Positions 49,923-60,191 of a DNA stretch of 64,000 nucleotides are shown piece after piece. The notes under the pieces are model-generated. The model was given only the letters and a program-made list of their open reading frames with translations. It had not been told where the DNA came from and made no database searches. Both the position numbers and the translations under genes were made by a program. Numbering within the stretch: the stretch's first letter is position 1; every line of letters begins with the position of its first letter. Origin of the DNA: an uncultured Elusimicrobia bacterium (GTDB lineage: Bacteria; Elusimicrobiota; Endomicrobiia; DTEH01); assembly GCA_964508565.1 (NCBI GenBank), contig CAZDUB010000006.1, forward strand, positions 10,647 through 74,646, written 5' to 3'.

Positions 49923-50777
49923 ATGAAAAAGATTTTGACTCTTATCTCAATATTGATTTTATTTTTATTGGTTATTATAATCTCGTTTTCTTTAAAACCA
50001 AAAAAAGTTTTTTTCCCAAGGGAAAACGAAATAAAAATTATTGATGAGGATAAAATAGATGCTGAAATAAATAATTTGTCTTCAAAATTAGAATCTTCTT
50101 CAGAAGATGTTAATTTGATGGTAGAGTTAGGAATAAGGTATTTTATAAAGGGCCCACAGTTTTACGATAAATCTATAAATCTCCTATATAAAGCTTGGAA
50201 GTTAGGAAGTACAGATATAAGAATTTTCTATTATTTAGGTTGCATGTATGAATTTCTTAAGCTTTATAATATGGCTGTAGATGAATACAAAAAGTTTTTA
50301 ACAAATGTGCCCGATGACATAGAGGTTCTTGTAAGGTTAGGCAATCTATATTATAAATTAGGAAAAACAGTAGATAGCATAAAAATTTTTGATTATGTTT
50401 TGCAAAAAGACAAAAATAATATTATCGCTTTGTCTAACCTGGGATTTATATATTTTAACCAGAATCAAATAGATAAAGCTCAGGAATTGTTTAATCAAGT
50501 ATTAGCTATATCAAAGAAAAAAAATATAATTGAACCTAAAAATGTTAATTATTACTTAGGTCAAATTTTTTATAATAACAAAAATTATGATACAGCAAAG
50601 ACATATCTTTTAAGAGAACAACAATTATATCCCGACAACATAGAAAACTCATTGTTGTTAGTTAAAACTTATATTGCAGTTCAGGAATATCAAAATGCTT
50701 ATGATTTAGGCACACAACTTTTGGAGATTACTCCAGAGAATAGGGAATTAAAACTTTTATTAAAAAAATTGAAATAA
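49923..50777 (+). CDS. Membrane-anchored TPR protein
   Basis: N-terminal TM segment, repeated LG..Y..LG...A...Y helical repeats. Confidence 0.8.
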   Translation: MKKILTLISILILFLLVIIISFSLKPKKVFFPRENEIKIIDEDKIDAEINNLSSKLESSSEDVNLMVELGIRYFIKGPQFYDKSINLLYKAWKLGSTDIRIFYYLGCMYEFLKLYNMAVDEYKKFLTNVPDDIEVLVRLGNLYYKLGKTVDSIKIFDYVLQKDKNNIIALSNLGFIYFNQNQIDKAQELFNQVLAISKKKNIIEPKNVNYYLGQIFYNNKNYDTAKTYLLREQQLYPDNIENSLLLVKTYIAVQEYQNAYDLGTQLLEITPENRELKLLLKKLK

Positions 50778-50795
50778 AAAATAAACTTTTAAAAT

Positions 50796-52316
50796 ATGTT
50801 AGCCAAAGTTTATTCTGGTACAGTATATGGTATAGATGGTTTTATTGTAGATGTAGAAATAGATATTTCAAGCGGATTACCTTCTTTTAACATTGTTGGT
50901 TTACCTGACACTGCAGTAAAAGAATCAAAAGAACGCGTGAGCTCTGCCATAAGGAATTCAGGATTTGATTTCCCTTCAAAAAAAATTACAGTAAATCTTG
51001 CACCAGCTGATATTAAAAAAGAAGGTGCTGGATTTGATTTAGCTATAGCATTAGGAATTTTAGCAGCTTCTGGACAGATTAGTGTTGAAGAAGTAAAAAA
51101 ATATTATGTAATAGGAGAACTTGCATTAGACGGAAGCATAAGACCAGTTAAAGGGGTACTACCATTAGCATTAAAACTTGCAGAAGAAAATTCCAAAGAT
51201 TTGATAGTTCCTTTCCAAAATGTAAAAGAAACAGCTGTAACAAAAATAAATTCTTATCCAGTACAAACACTTAAGGAAGTTGTGATGTTTCTTAACAAAG
51301 AAATAAAGATAGAACCATTTAGAATAGATTTAGAAAAGTTGTACGAAGAAAATTTTGTATACGAGGTAGATTTTTCTGAAGTAAAAGGACAGCAATATGC
51401 AAAAAGAGCAATAGAAGTTGCAGCAAGTGGGGGACATAATATAATAATGATAGGACCTCCTGGCTCTGGAAAAACGATGCTCGCTTCAAGAATTCCAACA
51501 ATTCTGCCCAAACTTACACTGGAGGAAGCAATAGAAACTACGAAGGTTTATTCTGCAGCAGGACTTGCTAATAACAAACTTATCTCTACGCGACCTTTTA
51601 GGTCGCCTCATCACACTATTTCAGATATATCCTTAGTAGGGGGTGGGCAGTTTCCAAGACCAGGTGAGATTTCTTTAGCTCACAATGGTGTTTTATTTTT
51701 AGATGAACTTCCAGAATTTAATAGGAATGTATTGGAAGTTTTAAGGCAACCTCTTGAAAAGGGATATATAACAATTTCAAGGGCAGCAGGGAGATGTGAT
51801 TTCCCTGCGAGATTTATGCTAGTGGCAGCATGTAACCCTTGCCCTTGTGGATACTATGGACACCCAAAAAGGGAGTGTATATGTTCACCATATCAAGTTC
51901 AAAAATACATCTCAAAAATATCAGGTCCTTTACTTGATAGAATAGATATTCAAATAGAAGTACCACCAGTAGAGGTTGAAGACCTTACAAGTACCATACC
52001 TGCAGAGTCATCTTACTTAATAAGACAAAGAGTTGAAAGAGTTAGAAAAATACAATATGAAAGATATAAAGATAAAAAAATTTTTACTAATTCTCAACTT
52101 ACAAGTAAATTAATAAAAGAATTTTGTCCAATGACAGATGAAGCAAAAAGAATTCTAAAATTGAGTATTGAAAGTTTAAATCTATCTGCAAGATCATATG
52201 ATAGAATCATAAAAGTAGCTAGGACCATTGCAGATATGGATAATAAAGAAGTAATTGATTCGGTACATATTTCAGAAGCAATACAATATAGAAGTATTGA
52301 CAAATTTATTAGATAA
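50796..52316 (+). CDS. comM: YifB/ComM Mg-chelatase-like AAA+ ATPase
   Basis: IVGLPD.AVKESKERV, VNLAPAD, GPPGSGKT, PFRSPHH, LFLDE, SGPLLDRID, LSARSYDRI. Confidence 0.93.
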   Translation: MLAKVYSGTVYGIDGFIVDVEIDISSGLPSFNIVGLPDTAVKESKERVSSAIRNSGFDFPSKKITVNLAPADIKKEGAGFDLAIALGILAASGQISVEEVKKYYVIGELALDGSIRPVKGVLPLALKLAEENSKDLIVPFQNVKETAVTKINSYPVQTLKEVVMFLNKEIKIEPFRIDLEKLYEENFVYEVDFSEVKGQQYAKRAIEVAASGGHNIIMIGPPGSGKTMLASRIPTILPKLTLEEAIETTKVYSAAGLANNKLISTRPFRSPHHTISDISLVGGGQFPRPGEISLAHNGVLFLDELPEFNRNVLEVLRQPLEKGYITISRAAGRCDFPARFMLVAACNPCPCGYYGHPKRECICSPYQVQKYISKISGPLLDRIDIQIEVPPVEVEDLTSTIPAESSYLIRQRVERVRKIQYERYKDKKIFTNSQLTSKLIKEFCPMTDEAKRILKLSIESLNLSARSYDRIIKVARTIADMDNKEVIDSVHISEAIQYRSIDKFIR

Positions 52317-52328
52317 ATTTTTGTCATT

Positions 52329-55115
52329 ATGGAACTATCAAAAATAACTCCTAAAGTTGTAGTTTTTACGCCAACTTACAACGAGGCAGAAAATATAGAA
52401 ATTTTTGTTAAGGAAGTTTTTGAAGCTCTTCCAAATTGCCATTTATTAGTAGTAGATGATAATTCTCCAGATGGCACCTCTAAAAAGGTAGAACAACTTA
52501 AAAAGATTTATCCAAATCTTCATCTTTTATTAAGAAAAGAAAAAAGAGGACGTGGATATGCTGGTATAGATGGTTTCAAAAGAGCATTGGAGTTGAATGC
52601 GGATATAATAGTAGAAATTGATGCCGATTTATCACACTCCCCTAAAGACTTACCTAGATTTATAGAATTTTTACAAAATAATCCTGATGTAGATATAGTT
52701 GTGGGTTCTAGATATATTGAAAATGGGAAAGATTCAGAAAGGAACATAATAAGAAAACTAATAAGCTTGTTTGCTAGAGTATATATAAGAATAATCACAG
52801 GTATTCCATTAAAAGATATTACTTCTGGATACAAAGCCTATAGACGAAAAGTAATTGAGACTATTTTACCATATCTTTCTGCGTCAGATCCATTTATAGT
52901 AACAGAAGTAAATTATATATGTAAACTGCATGGCTTTAAGTTTTATGAAATTCCAATTTCATTTCACAAAAGATTACATGGTAAAAGTAAACTTTCTTTT
53001 TTTAAATTGTTAAAATATTTATTTAAAGTTTGGTTGTTAACAATAAAGTGGTTTTTTAAAGATAGTTATAATGCTAACTTTTTTAAGATATTAACCATAT
53101 CTACATTATTGAAATTATTGCTATTAGACAAATTTGGACTTACAGATGACGAGTCTCATTATTGGCAATATGCTCAACATCTTGACTTTTCATATTATGA
53201 CCATCCTGGAATGGTGGGATATTTGATTTATTTATCTACAAAGATTTTTGGTAACAATTACTACGGGGTAAGAACTCCTGCTATATTTTGTTTCTTAATT
53301 GCTTGTTTCTATTTTTATAAATTAGTTAAGGAAATATTTAATTCAAAAATAGCTTTTATGTCTGCTTTCTTGTTAAATGTTATACCAATAGCGTTTGTTG
53401 GCTCAATTATAACCTTACCAGATGCTCCAGTTGGTATGTTTTGGATGATGTATATGTTTTACTTTTATAAGTTTATTATTTCAAAAGATAGTTGGTTTCT
53501 TTATATATGTGGAGTAATTTTAGGAGCTGCTTTTATATCAAAATATAACGCGATATTTTTGTTTATAGGAAGCTTACTTATATTCTTTTTTGATAAAGAA
53601 TTAAGAAAACTTTTAATAAAAAAGGATTTCTATATTTTCTTAATAAACATACTAATTTTTTCTTCACCACTTATTCTTTGGAATATAGCACACAGCTTTG
53701 CTTCATTTCAATATCAATTTTTAAATAGAGTTTCTCAAAAATCTAGTATTTCACTTTTGACTTTCTTAGAGAACTTTGGGTATCAATCAGCATATATTTC
53801 ACCCATAGTTTTTTTATTGTTATGGTATACTATATTCTATTCAATTTTAAATCATAGCAAAGATAAAAAATATAATTTTTTTCTATACTTTGCTCTTCCT
53901 GGAGTTTTACTTTTTAATCTTTTAGGATTTAAAAATAAAATTTTACCGCACTGGCCTGCTATTTCGTATTTTACTTTATTACCAGTATTTGTGGCTTCTA
54001 ATAGAAAAAAGTTTTTGTATACAATTTCCTGGGTATCTTCTTTAGTTATTACTGTTGGGGTAGTTTTTATTACTATTTTTGGATTTATATCTATCCCTGA
54101 AAAATACCAAAATGCTGACACTCCTGATAAACTTTATGGTTGGAATGTAGCAGCTGACGAACTTCATAGATTAATAGAAAAATATCCTGATAGTTTTATA
54201 TTTACACATAAATACTATGTAGCTGGACAAATCCGGTTTGCTTTAGCTAAATACTACAAGGAAAAAATTCCTGAAGTGTTTTGTATAGATGATCATTTTA
54301 ATCAATATGATTTTTGGTCTGAGAATTTAAAGTTCTACAGCGGTAAAGATGCTATTTATGTTACTGAAGAAAGATTTCCGGAAGATAAAGTGTTAAATAA
54401 GTTGCCTTTTGAGAAAATAGAGTTGATATCAGTTATTTCATTTAAGAAAAGTAAATATTGGCCCTTGAGGAAATTTAAGTTTTATATATGTAAAAATTTT
54501 AATTATAAAAACTTATCTGAAGAATTTATACAAAACAAATATAATAATAACATCCGTGTGCTTCAATTTTATAGAGATTATGATAAAAAATTCTTTTTAA
54601 AAATTAACCGAAGCCATTTATATAAAAATAAAATTTTTAGAATTAGTTGGTATGCCTTAACTAGCCTAGGTAATGGATTATTTTTAATTCCAATAGTGAT
54701 AATTACTCTATATTTTATTGATAAAAAAAACTTTGTCAGAAATTTGATATCATTTTTAATACTAATAAGCATAGGTGGTGTGTTAATTCAGTTATTCAAA
54801 AATATTTTTAACAAACCACGGCCATTAAAACTTTTCCATGATATACTACACCAACCAATCAATGTAATTGGAGAACAACTCCGTGAATTGGGATTTCCCT
54901 CAGGACATACATTTCTTGCGTTTTCTTCTATGATATTTTTATCTGATAGAATTAAAAAATTTAAAGTTGATATAATTTTGTTTCTATTAGCTGTATTGAT
55001 TGGTATAAGCAGAGTTTTTGTAGGTGCACATTTCTTAAGTGATGTAATAGGTGGAATACTTTTTGCAGTAGTATTTACAAATATATACCTTAAGATTGAA
55101 AAAGAACTTTCGTAA
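52329..55115 (+). CDS. Triple fusion: polyprenol-phosphate sugar synthase (GT2) + ArnT/PMT-like GT-C + PAP2 phosphatase
   Basis: PTYNEAEN/DDNSPDGT/DADLSH; DDESHYWQYAQHLDFSYYDHPG followed by TM helices; KNIFNKPRP, PSGH, SRVFVGAHFLSD. Confidence 0.86.
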   Translation: MELSKITPKVVVFTPTYNEAENIEIFVKEVFEALPNCHLLVVDDNSPDGTSKKVEQLKKIYPNLHLLLRKEKRGRGYAGIDGFKRALELNADIIVEIDADLSHSPKDLPRFIEFLQNNPDVDIVVGSRYIENGKDSERNIIRKLISLFARVYIRIITGIPLKDITSGYKAYRRKVIETILPYLSASDPFIVTEVNYICKLHGFKFYEIPISFHKRLHGKSKLSFFKLLKYLFKVWLLTIKWFFKDSYNANFFKILTISTLLKLLLLDKFGLTDDESHYWQYAQHLDFSYYDHPGMVGYLIYLSTKIFGNNYYGVRTPAIFCFLIACFYFYKLVKEIFNSKIAFMSAFLLNVIPIAFVGSIITLPDAPVGMFWMMYMFYFYKFIISKDSWFLYICGVILGAAFISKYNAIFLFIGSLLIFFFDKELRKLLIKKDFYIFLINILIFSSPLILWNIAHSFASFQYQFLNRVSQKSSISLLTFLENFGYQSAYISPIVFLLLWYTIFYSILNHSKDKKYNFFLYFALPGVLLFNLLGFKNKILPHWPAISYFTLLPVFVASNRKKFLYTISWVSSLVITVGVVFITIFGFISIPEKYQNADTPDKLYGWNVAADELHRLIEKYPDSFIFTHKYYVAGQIRFALAKYYKEKIPEVFCIDDHFNQYDFWSENLKFYSGKDAIYVTEERFPEDKVLNKLPFEKIELISVISFKKSKYWPLRKFKFYICKNFNYKNLSEEFIQNKYNNNIRVLQFYRDYDKKFFLKINRSHLYKNKIFRISWYALTSLGNGLFLIPIVIITLYFIDKKNFVRNLISFLILISIGGVLIQLFKNIFNKPRPLKLFHDILHQPINVIGEQLRELGFPSGHTFLAFSSMIFLSDRIKKFKVDIILFLLAVLIGISRVFVGAHFLSDVIGGILFAVVFTNIYLKIEKELS

Positions 55116-55157
55116 ATTATATATTATAATATATTGATTAAAATTTAGGAGAAAAAT

Positions 55158-55928
55158 ATGAAAAAGATAATTTTTATAATAAGTTTTTTGTTTACATTTT
55201 TTAATTATTTTGTAGCAATGGAATATACTGTTGTAAAAGGTGATTGTTTGTGGAATATAGCAAAAAAATTTTATGAAAATCCTTTCTTATGGGGGAAGAT
55301 TTATGAAGCAAATAAAGATAAAATAAAAAATCCAGATTTAATCTATCCAGGACAGGTTTTTTTATTGCCTGATGTAGAGAATATTAAGAAATCTCAAGAA
55401 CAACAATTTCAACCTGAGGAAGTTGAAGAAGAAACTGAGCTTTCAGAAGAAAATAAATTAGAAACACAAAAAGAACAGACTACTGAATATTTCCAAGAAC
55501 AACAAGAGACAGAACAACTTGATCAACCTACTGAAGAAACTAAAGAAGTAAAAGAAGAAGTATCAACAATGCCACAACTAAAATATGAAGAAAACTTAGA
55601 ATTCCCAAAAAAATATAATTCAAAAGAATTTATTCCTTTTGGCAAAATAGTATCTGCTAAAGAAAGGAAGTTTTTTTATATTGATTTTGACATTGTATAC
55701 TGTGAAATTAATAAAAAATACGAAATAAAAGTTGGTGATATTTTAGGAATTTATCATTTAGGTCCCTCAAAATATGATACAACTTTGTTTAATGTTCCCA
55801 AAAATCAACTTACACTAATTGGTAAACTACAAGTTTTAGAGATTGACGAAGACAAAGTTGTTTGTAAAATAATAAGAGCTTATTCTCCTATTCTTATAGG
55901 TGATATGATATCAGGTTTTAAGAAATGA
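55158..55928 (+). CDS. Secreted LysM protein, TsaP-like
   Basis: Signal peptide, YTVVKGDCLWNIAKKFY.NPFLW..IYEAN...IKNPDLIYPGQ, acidic linker, beta-rich C-terminus; near dprA. Confidence 0.75.
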   Translation: MKKIIFIISFLFTFFNYFVAMEYTVVKGDCLWNIAKKFYENPFLWGKIYEANKDKIKNPDLIYPGQVFLLPDVENIKKSQEQQFQPEEVEEETELSEENKLETQKEQTTEYFQEQQETEQLDQPTEETKEVKEEVSTMPQLKYEENLEFPKKYNSKEFIPFGKIVSAKERKFFYIDFDIVYCEINKKYEIKVGDILGIYHLGPSKYDTTLFNVPKNQLTLIGKLQVLEIDEDKVVCKIIRAYSPILIGDMISGFKK

Positions 55929-56329
55929 AAAAACTGATATTGTTTATAGCAATTTTAGTACTTGCTTATTATATTTTTTATAATCAGTTTTATGTAAATG
56001 GGAAATTTAATGATTTTTTGGCAAAATATCCGCAATCAAAATATGCACAGATAGTGGATTATATATTAGGGTGGATATGTTCGTTATTAGGTAAAACAGA
56101 TAGTGCAATATTTAGATTTCAAAGAGTAGTTGAAATTTATGAAGTAGAAAATTTGAAACCAGCTGCACTTTATAATATTGCCCAATCTTATGAAGAAGGC
56201 AAAAAGGAAAAAAAACTTGCATTAAAGTTTTATAAATTAGTATATGAAAAATATCCAGATACCTATTATGGTGACCTTGGTAAAAAACGGTATGAATATT
56301 TAATTCTTATAGGCGTAAGGGAGGACTAA
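55925..56329 (+). CDS. Small TPR protein with N-terminal anchor
   Basis: KYPQSKYA, ALYNIAQSYE, YPDTYYG. Confidence 0.7.
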   Translation: MKKLILFIAILVLAYYIFYNQFYVNGKFNDFLAKYPQSKYAQIVDYILGWICSLLGKTDSAIFRFQRVVEIYEVENLKPAALYNIAQSYEEGKKEKKLALKFYKLVYEKYPDTYYGDLGKKRYEYLILIGVRED

Positions 56330-57145
56330 TTGTTGTTAGTGGTATTAAGAATTTTTATTACAATATTAACAATAATTTTGCCAACTTATTGCCAAGAAGA
56401 AAAATATTATGTGGAGATTGTATGCAGTTCTGAAGATGAAGTGTGTTCAATCTCTGGAGTGTTAAATGCTCAATCGTGGATAGACAAAGAAAAGATTTCA
56501 AGCAATAGTTCTTTTATATTAATAGGTCCGTATAATTTGGATGAAATAAACAATATTAAAGAGCGCATATCTCAAGAATTAAATTTACCCTGTAGCATAT
56601 ATGTAGATATTAATAAATTAGATGATATAGAGCCATATAATTTAACACAAGATTTAGATGATAATGTTTATATTTCTTCTTCTGCCAAAGTTGTATCTGA
56701 GGATATATTGAGTATTTATAACAACGAGAAAGTAAAGAAAATAATTCGTACAGCATTAGAACTTTATACTACGCCTTATAAATGGGGTGGAACAAACATA
56801 CACAAAGGTATTGACTGCTCATTTTTTGTACAGTATGTATTTATGAGATTAGGGATAAAATTACCAAGAACATCAAGAGAACAATTTAAAGTAGGAAAGT
56901 TTGTAGAAAAAGATGAACTTAAATGCGGAGATTTAGTTTTCTTTAAAAAAATAAAATATAGAAAAGTAAAAGGTAAACTTAAAAGATATGAATACATCAA
57001 CCATGTAGGGATTTATCTAATGAACGGAGAGTTTATTCATGCTACAATAAATTCTAAAAAAGTAACCATTTCTTCATTAGATGAACCATATTTCAAAACT
57101 CATTATGCTGGAGCAAGAAGAGTATTAAAAGATAATGATCTATGA
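56330..57145 (+). CDS. NlpC/P60 (C40) peptidoglycan endopeptidase
   Basis: TTG start after GGAGGA; signal peptide; PYKWGG, GIDCS, LPRTSREQF, GDLVFF, HVGIY, FIHA. Confidence 0.9.
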   Translation: MLLVVLRIFITILTIILPTYCQEEKYYVEIVCSSEDEVCSISGVLNAQSWIDKEKISSNSSFILIGPYNLDEINNIKERISQELNLPCSIYVDINKLDDIEPYNLTQDLDDNVYISSSAKVVSEDILSIYNNEKVKKIIRTALELYTTPYKWGGTNIHKGIDCSFFVQYVFMRLGIKLPRTSREQFKVGKFVEKDELKCGDLVFFKKIKYRKVKGKLKRYEYINHVGIYLMNGEFIHATINSKKVTISSLDEPYFKTHYAGARRVLKDNDL

Positions 57146-58278
57146 ATACATTAGAAGAACTTAAAAATTTGATTATATTAAATAATATTCCATCATTAGG
57201 TCCTGCTCGACTTAAGAAATTATTAGATTTTTTTGGTTCAGCGTCTAACATTTTGTCTGCAAGTGTAGGGGAATTAACTCAAGTTGAAGGGATATCTTTT
57301 CCAATAGCAAAAAGTATTCTTGAATATAAGAATAAATTTAATCCAGAAAAAGAATTAGAAATATTAGAAAAGAATAATGTTAAGTTAATTGCGTATTATC
57401 ATGAAGATTATCCGGAAGTATTAAAACATCTTACAGCTCCTCCAATACTATTATATGTCAAAGGAGAAATAAAGCCTTCAGACCTGATTTCAATTTCTAT
57501 AGTAGGAACAAGAAAACCCACTAATTATGGAAAACTTGTTGTGGAACATTTGATAAAAGGACTTGCTGATTATAATTTGACAATAATAAGTGGCTTAGCT
57601 TATGGAATTGATACATTTGCTCATGATTATGCTATTAAATATGGATTAAGAACAATAGCTGTGTTAGGTAATGGTTTAGGTATATTTTATCCTTTAGCTA
57701 ACAAAAAACTTCAACAGGAGATACCATCGTATGGAGCGGTTATATCGGAATTCCCTTATTTTTTTAAACCTAACAAATCAACATTTCCTCAAAGAAACAG
57801 AATCATAGCGGCTTTATCTTTAGGAACCGTTATAGTAGAGGCAGATATTAAGAGTGGTGCTTTAATAACTGCAAAGTTTGCAGCAGATTTAGGAAAGGAG
57901 GTTTTTGCGGTTCCAGGAAGCATTTTTTCAAAACAAAGCACAGGTACTAATTATCTTATAAAAAACGGTGCAAAAGTTGTAACAGAACCCGAAGACATTA
58001 TAGAAGAAATAAGAGAAATTTCTAATTTGTTTCGAAAAAAAATTAATCATAATAAAAATGTTGTAAAAACCAAAAAAAATCAACTTTTCTTTGATAATTT
58101 ATCAGAAAATGCAGAAAAAGTTTTAAACATAATATCTTCAGAGCCAGAAGGTATACATATAGATAAACTTCACAGTATATCAAATATAGAAATGCCTATG
58201 CTTATGCAAATACTTTTTGAACTTCAAATTGCATCCAAAATAAAAGAAATGCCTGGGAAGATTTATATATCAGTATGA
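57142..58278 (+). CDS. dprA: DNA-processing protein DprA
   Basis: IVGTRKP, ISGLAYGID, FPQRNRIIAALS, VEADIKSGALITA, VFAVPGSI, C-terminal wHTH. Confidence 0.96.
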   Translation: MNTLEELKNLIILNNIPSLGPARLKKLLDFFGSASNILSASVGELTQVEGISFPIAKSILEYKNKFNPEKELEILEKNNVKLIAYYHEDYPEVLKHLTAPPILLYVKGEIKPSDLISISIVGTRKPTNYGKLVVEHLIKGLADYNLTIISGLAYGIDTFAHDYAIKYGLRTIAVLGNGLGIFYPLANKKLQQEIPSYGAVISEFPYFFKPNKSTFPQRNRIIAALSLGTVIVEADIKSGALITAKFAADLGKEVFAVPGSIFSKQSTGTNYLIKNGAKVVTEPEDIIEEIREISNLFRKKINHNKNVVKTKKNQLFFDNLSENAEKVLNIISSEPEGIHIDKLHSISNIEMPMLMQILFELQIASKIKEMPGKIYISV

Positions 58279-60191
58279 AACTAATAATAGTAGAGTCACC
58301 AACAAAAGAGAAAACTATATTTAAGTTTTTAAACAAGCAATCAAGTAGTTCTAATAAAGAATATATAGTTAAAAGTTCATATGGACATGTAAGAGATCTA
58401 CCTAAAAATAACTTAGGTATAGATGAAAAAAATAGTTTTAAACCATATTATGTAGTTTTACCAAAATCAAAAAAAGTAATATCTGAACTAAAAAAATTTG
58501 TTCAACAGGCACAAGAGATTTATTTAGCAACTGACTATGATAGAGAAGGTGAATCTATTGCATGGCATTTAGTGAATGTTCTCGGGTTAGACATTGATAA
58601 AGTTTTAAGAATTACATTTCATGAAATAACTGAACGAGCAATAATTGAAGCATTAAACAATCCTCGCAAAATTGACATGAATTTAGTAAATGCACAACAA
58701 GCAAGAAGAATTATAGATAGATTAGTTGGTTATAAGATATCTCCTTTATTATGGAAAAAAATAACAAATAGGTTGTCTGCAGGTAGAGTTCAGTCTGTTG
58801 CACTTAAATTTATATACGATAGAGAACTTGAAATAAAAAAATTTGTTCCACAAGAATATTGGACTATTGAGTGTGAGTTTCATAGAGATAAAAACCATTT
58901 ATTGGAAACAAAGTTAACCCATATAAATGGTAAAAAATTAGATAAATTAGATATAAAAACAAAAGACGAAGCTGAAAAAATTATTGAAGAAGTAAAAAAT
59001 GTAGGTTTTGGTAAAATTTTAAGTATAAAGAGAGAAGAAAAATATAAATCACCACCAGAACCTTATATAACTTCCACTCTACAACAAGAAGCCTCTTGGA
59101 AGTTAAAATTTTCTCCTTCAAAAACAATGCTTATAGCACAAAGTTTATATGAAGGTGTGGATTTGGGAAATAACGAACGAGTTGGACTTATTACTTATAT
59201 GAGAACAGATTCTGTATATGTTTCTCCTTATGCTATTGATGAACTTAGACAATACATAAAAGAAAAATTTTCAGAACAATATCTATCAGAAGATATAAGA
59301 AAGTACAAAACAAAAGTAAAAAATGCACAAGAAGCTCATGAAGCTATAAGACCCACAAGTGTTTATAGGGAACCAGAGCAAATTAAAAAGTATCTTACAC
59401 AAGACCAATATAAACTATACAAACTCATATGGCAAAGATTTGTTGCTACACAGATGAAAGATTTAAAATATGAGAATATTATAGTTAAAATAGATGTAAA
59501 CAACAAATTTATGTTTGAATCGAATATCAAAAAAATTTTATTTGATGGTTACACTAAAATTTATCCTGAAGAGCAAAAGGAAGAAACAAAAAAATTTTTT
59601 GAAGTAAACCAAGATGAAATACTTAAGGTTGGTAGTTGTATAAGCAAGCAACATTTTACAGAACCACCACAAAGATATACAGAAGCAAGTTTAATTAAAG
59701 AACTTGAGAAAAATGGCATAGGAAGACCGTCTACTTATGCTACAATTGTGGATACTTTAAAACTTCGTGGTTATGTGCAACTTAAGGAAAGAAAATTTTA
59801 TATAACATCACTGGGTAAGGAAGTGATTGAATTATTGTCTAAATATTTCCCCGATATAATAGACAAATCTTATACTGCAAATATAGAAAAGTTATTAGAT
59901 AAAATTTCTCAAGGCAAAGAAGATTGGGTAAAAGTTGTTTCATTATTTTATAATCCGTTATTAAAACAGTTAAAAAGAGCAATGGAAGAAGTAAAACCAA
60001 AAAACGAAGTTGTATCCGACCAAAGATGTCAACTTTGTGGGGGAAGATTAATAGTTAGAACAAGTAGATATGGAAAATTTTTATCTTGTGAAAATTTCCC
60101 AAAGTGTAAATTCAAAATAAACAACTATGAAAAATCAGGAATTAAAACAGAACCAACTACAAATAACTCAGATATTTCAAAAATTACCTGA
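58275..60191 (+). CDS. topA: DNA topoisomerase I
   Basis: IVESPTK, ATDYDREGE, SAGRVQS, ITYMRTDS, AHEAIRPT, GIGRPSTY, one C-terminal Zn ribbon. Confidence 0.97.
   Translation: MKLIIVESPTKEKTIFKFLNKQSSSSNKEYIVKSSYGHVRDLPKNNLGIDEKNSFKPYYVVLPKSKKVISELKKFVQQAQEIYLATDYDREGESIAWHLVNVLGLDIDKVLRITFHEITERAIIEALNNPRKIDMNLVNAQQARRIIDRLVGYKISPLLWKKITNRLSAGRVQSVALKFIYDRELEIKKFVPQEYWTIECEFHRDKNHLLETKLTHINGKKLDKLDIKTKDEAEKIIEEVKNVGFGKILSIKREEKYKSPPEPYITSTLQQEASWKLKFSPSKTMLIAQSLYEGVDLGNNERVGLITYMRTDSVYVSPYAIDELRQYIKEKFSEQYLSEDIRKYKTKVKNAQEAHEAIRPTSVYREPEQIKKYLTQDQYKLYKLIWQRFVATQMKDLKYENIIVKIDVNNKFMFESNIKKILFDGYTKIYPEEQKEETKKFFEVNQDEILKVGSCISKQHFTEPPQRYTEASLIKELEKNGIGRPSTYATIVDTLKLRGYVQLKERKFYITSLGKEVIELLSKYFPDIIDKSYTANIEKLLDKISQGKEDWVKVVSLFYNPLLKQLKRAMEEVKPKNEVVSDQRCQLCGGRLIVRTSRYGKFLSCENFPKCKFKINNYEKSGIKTEPTTNNSDISKIT

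Noticed and set aside
60150-60172. Possible heptamer tract in the topA/xerC overlap (GAACCAA CTACAAA TAACTCA)
   Set aside because: Only three weak units, not distinguishable from A-rich background.
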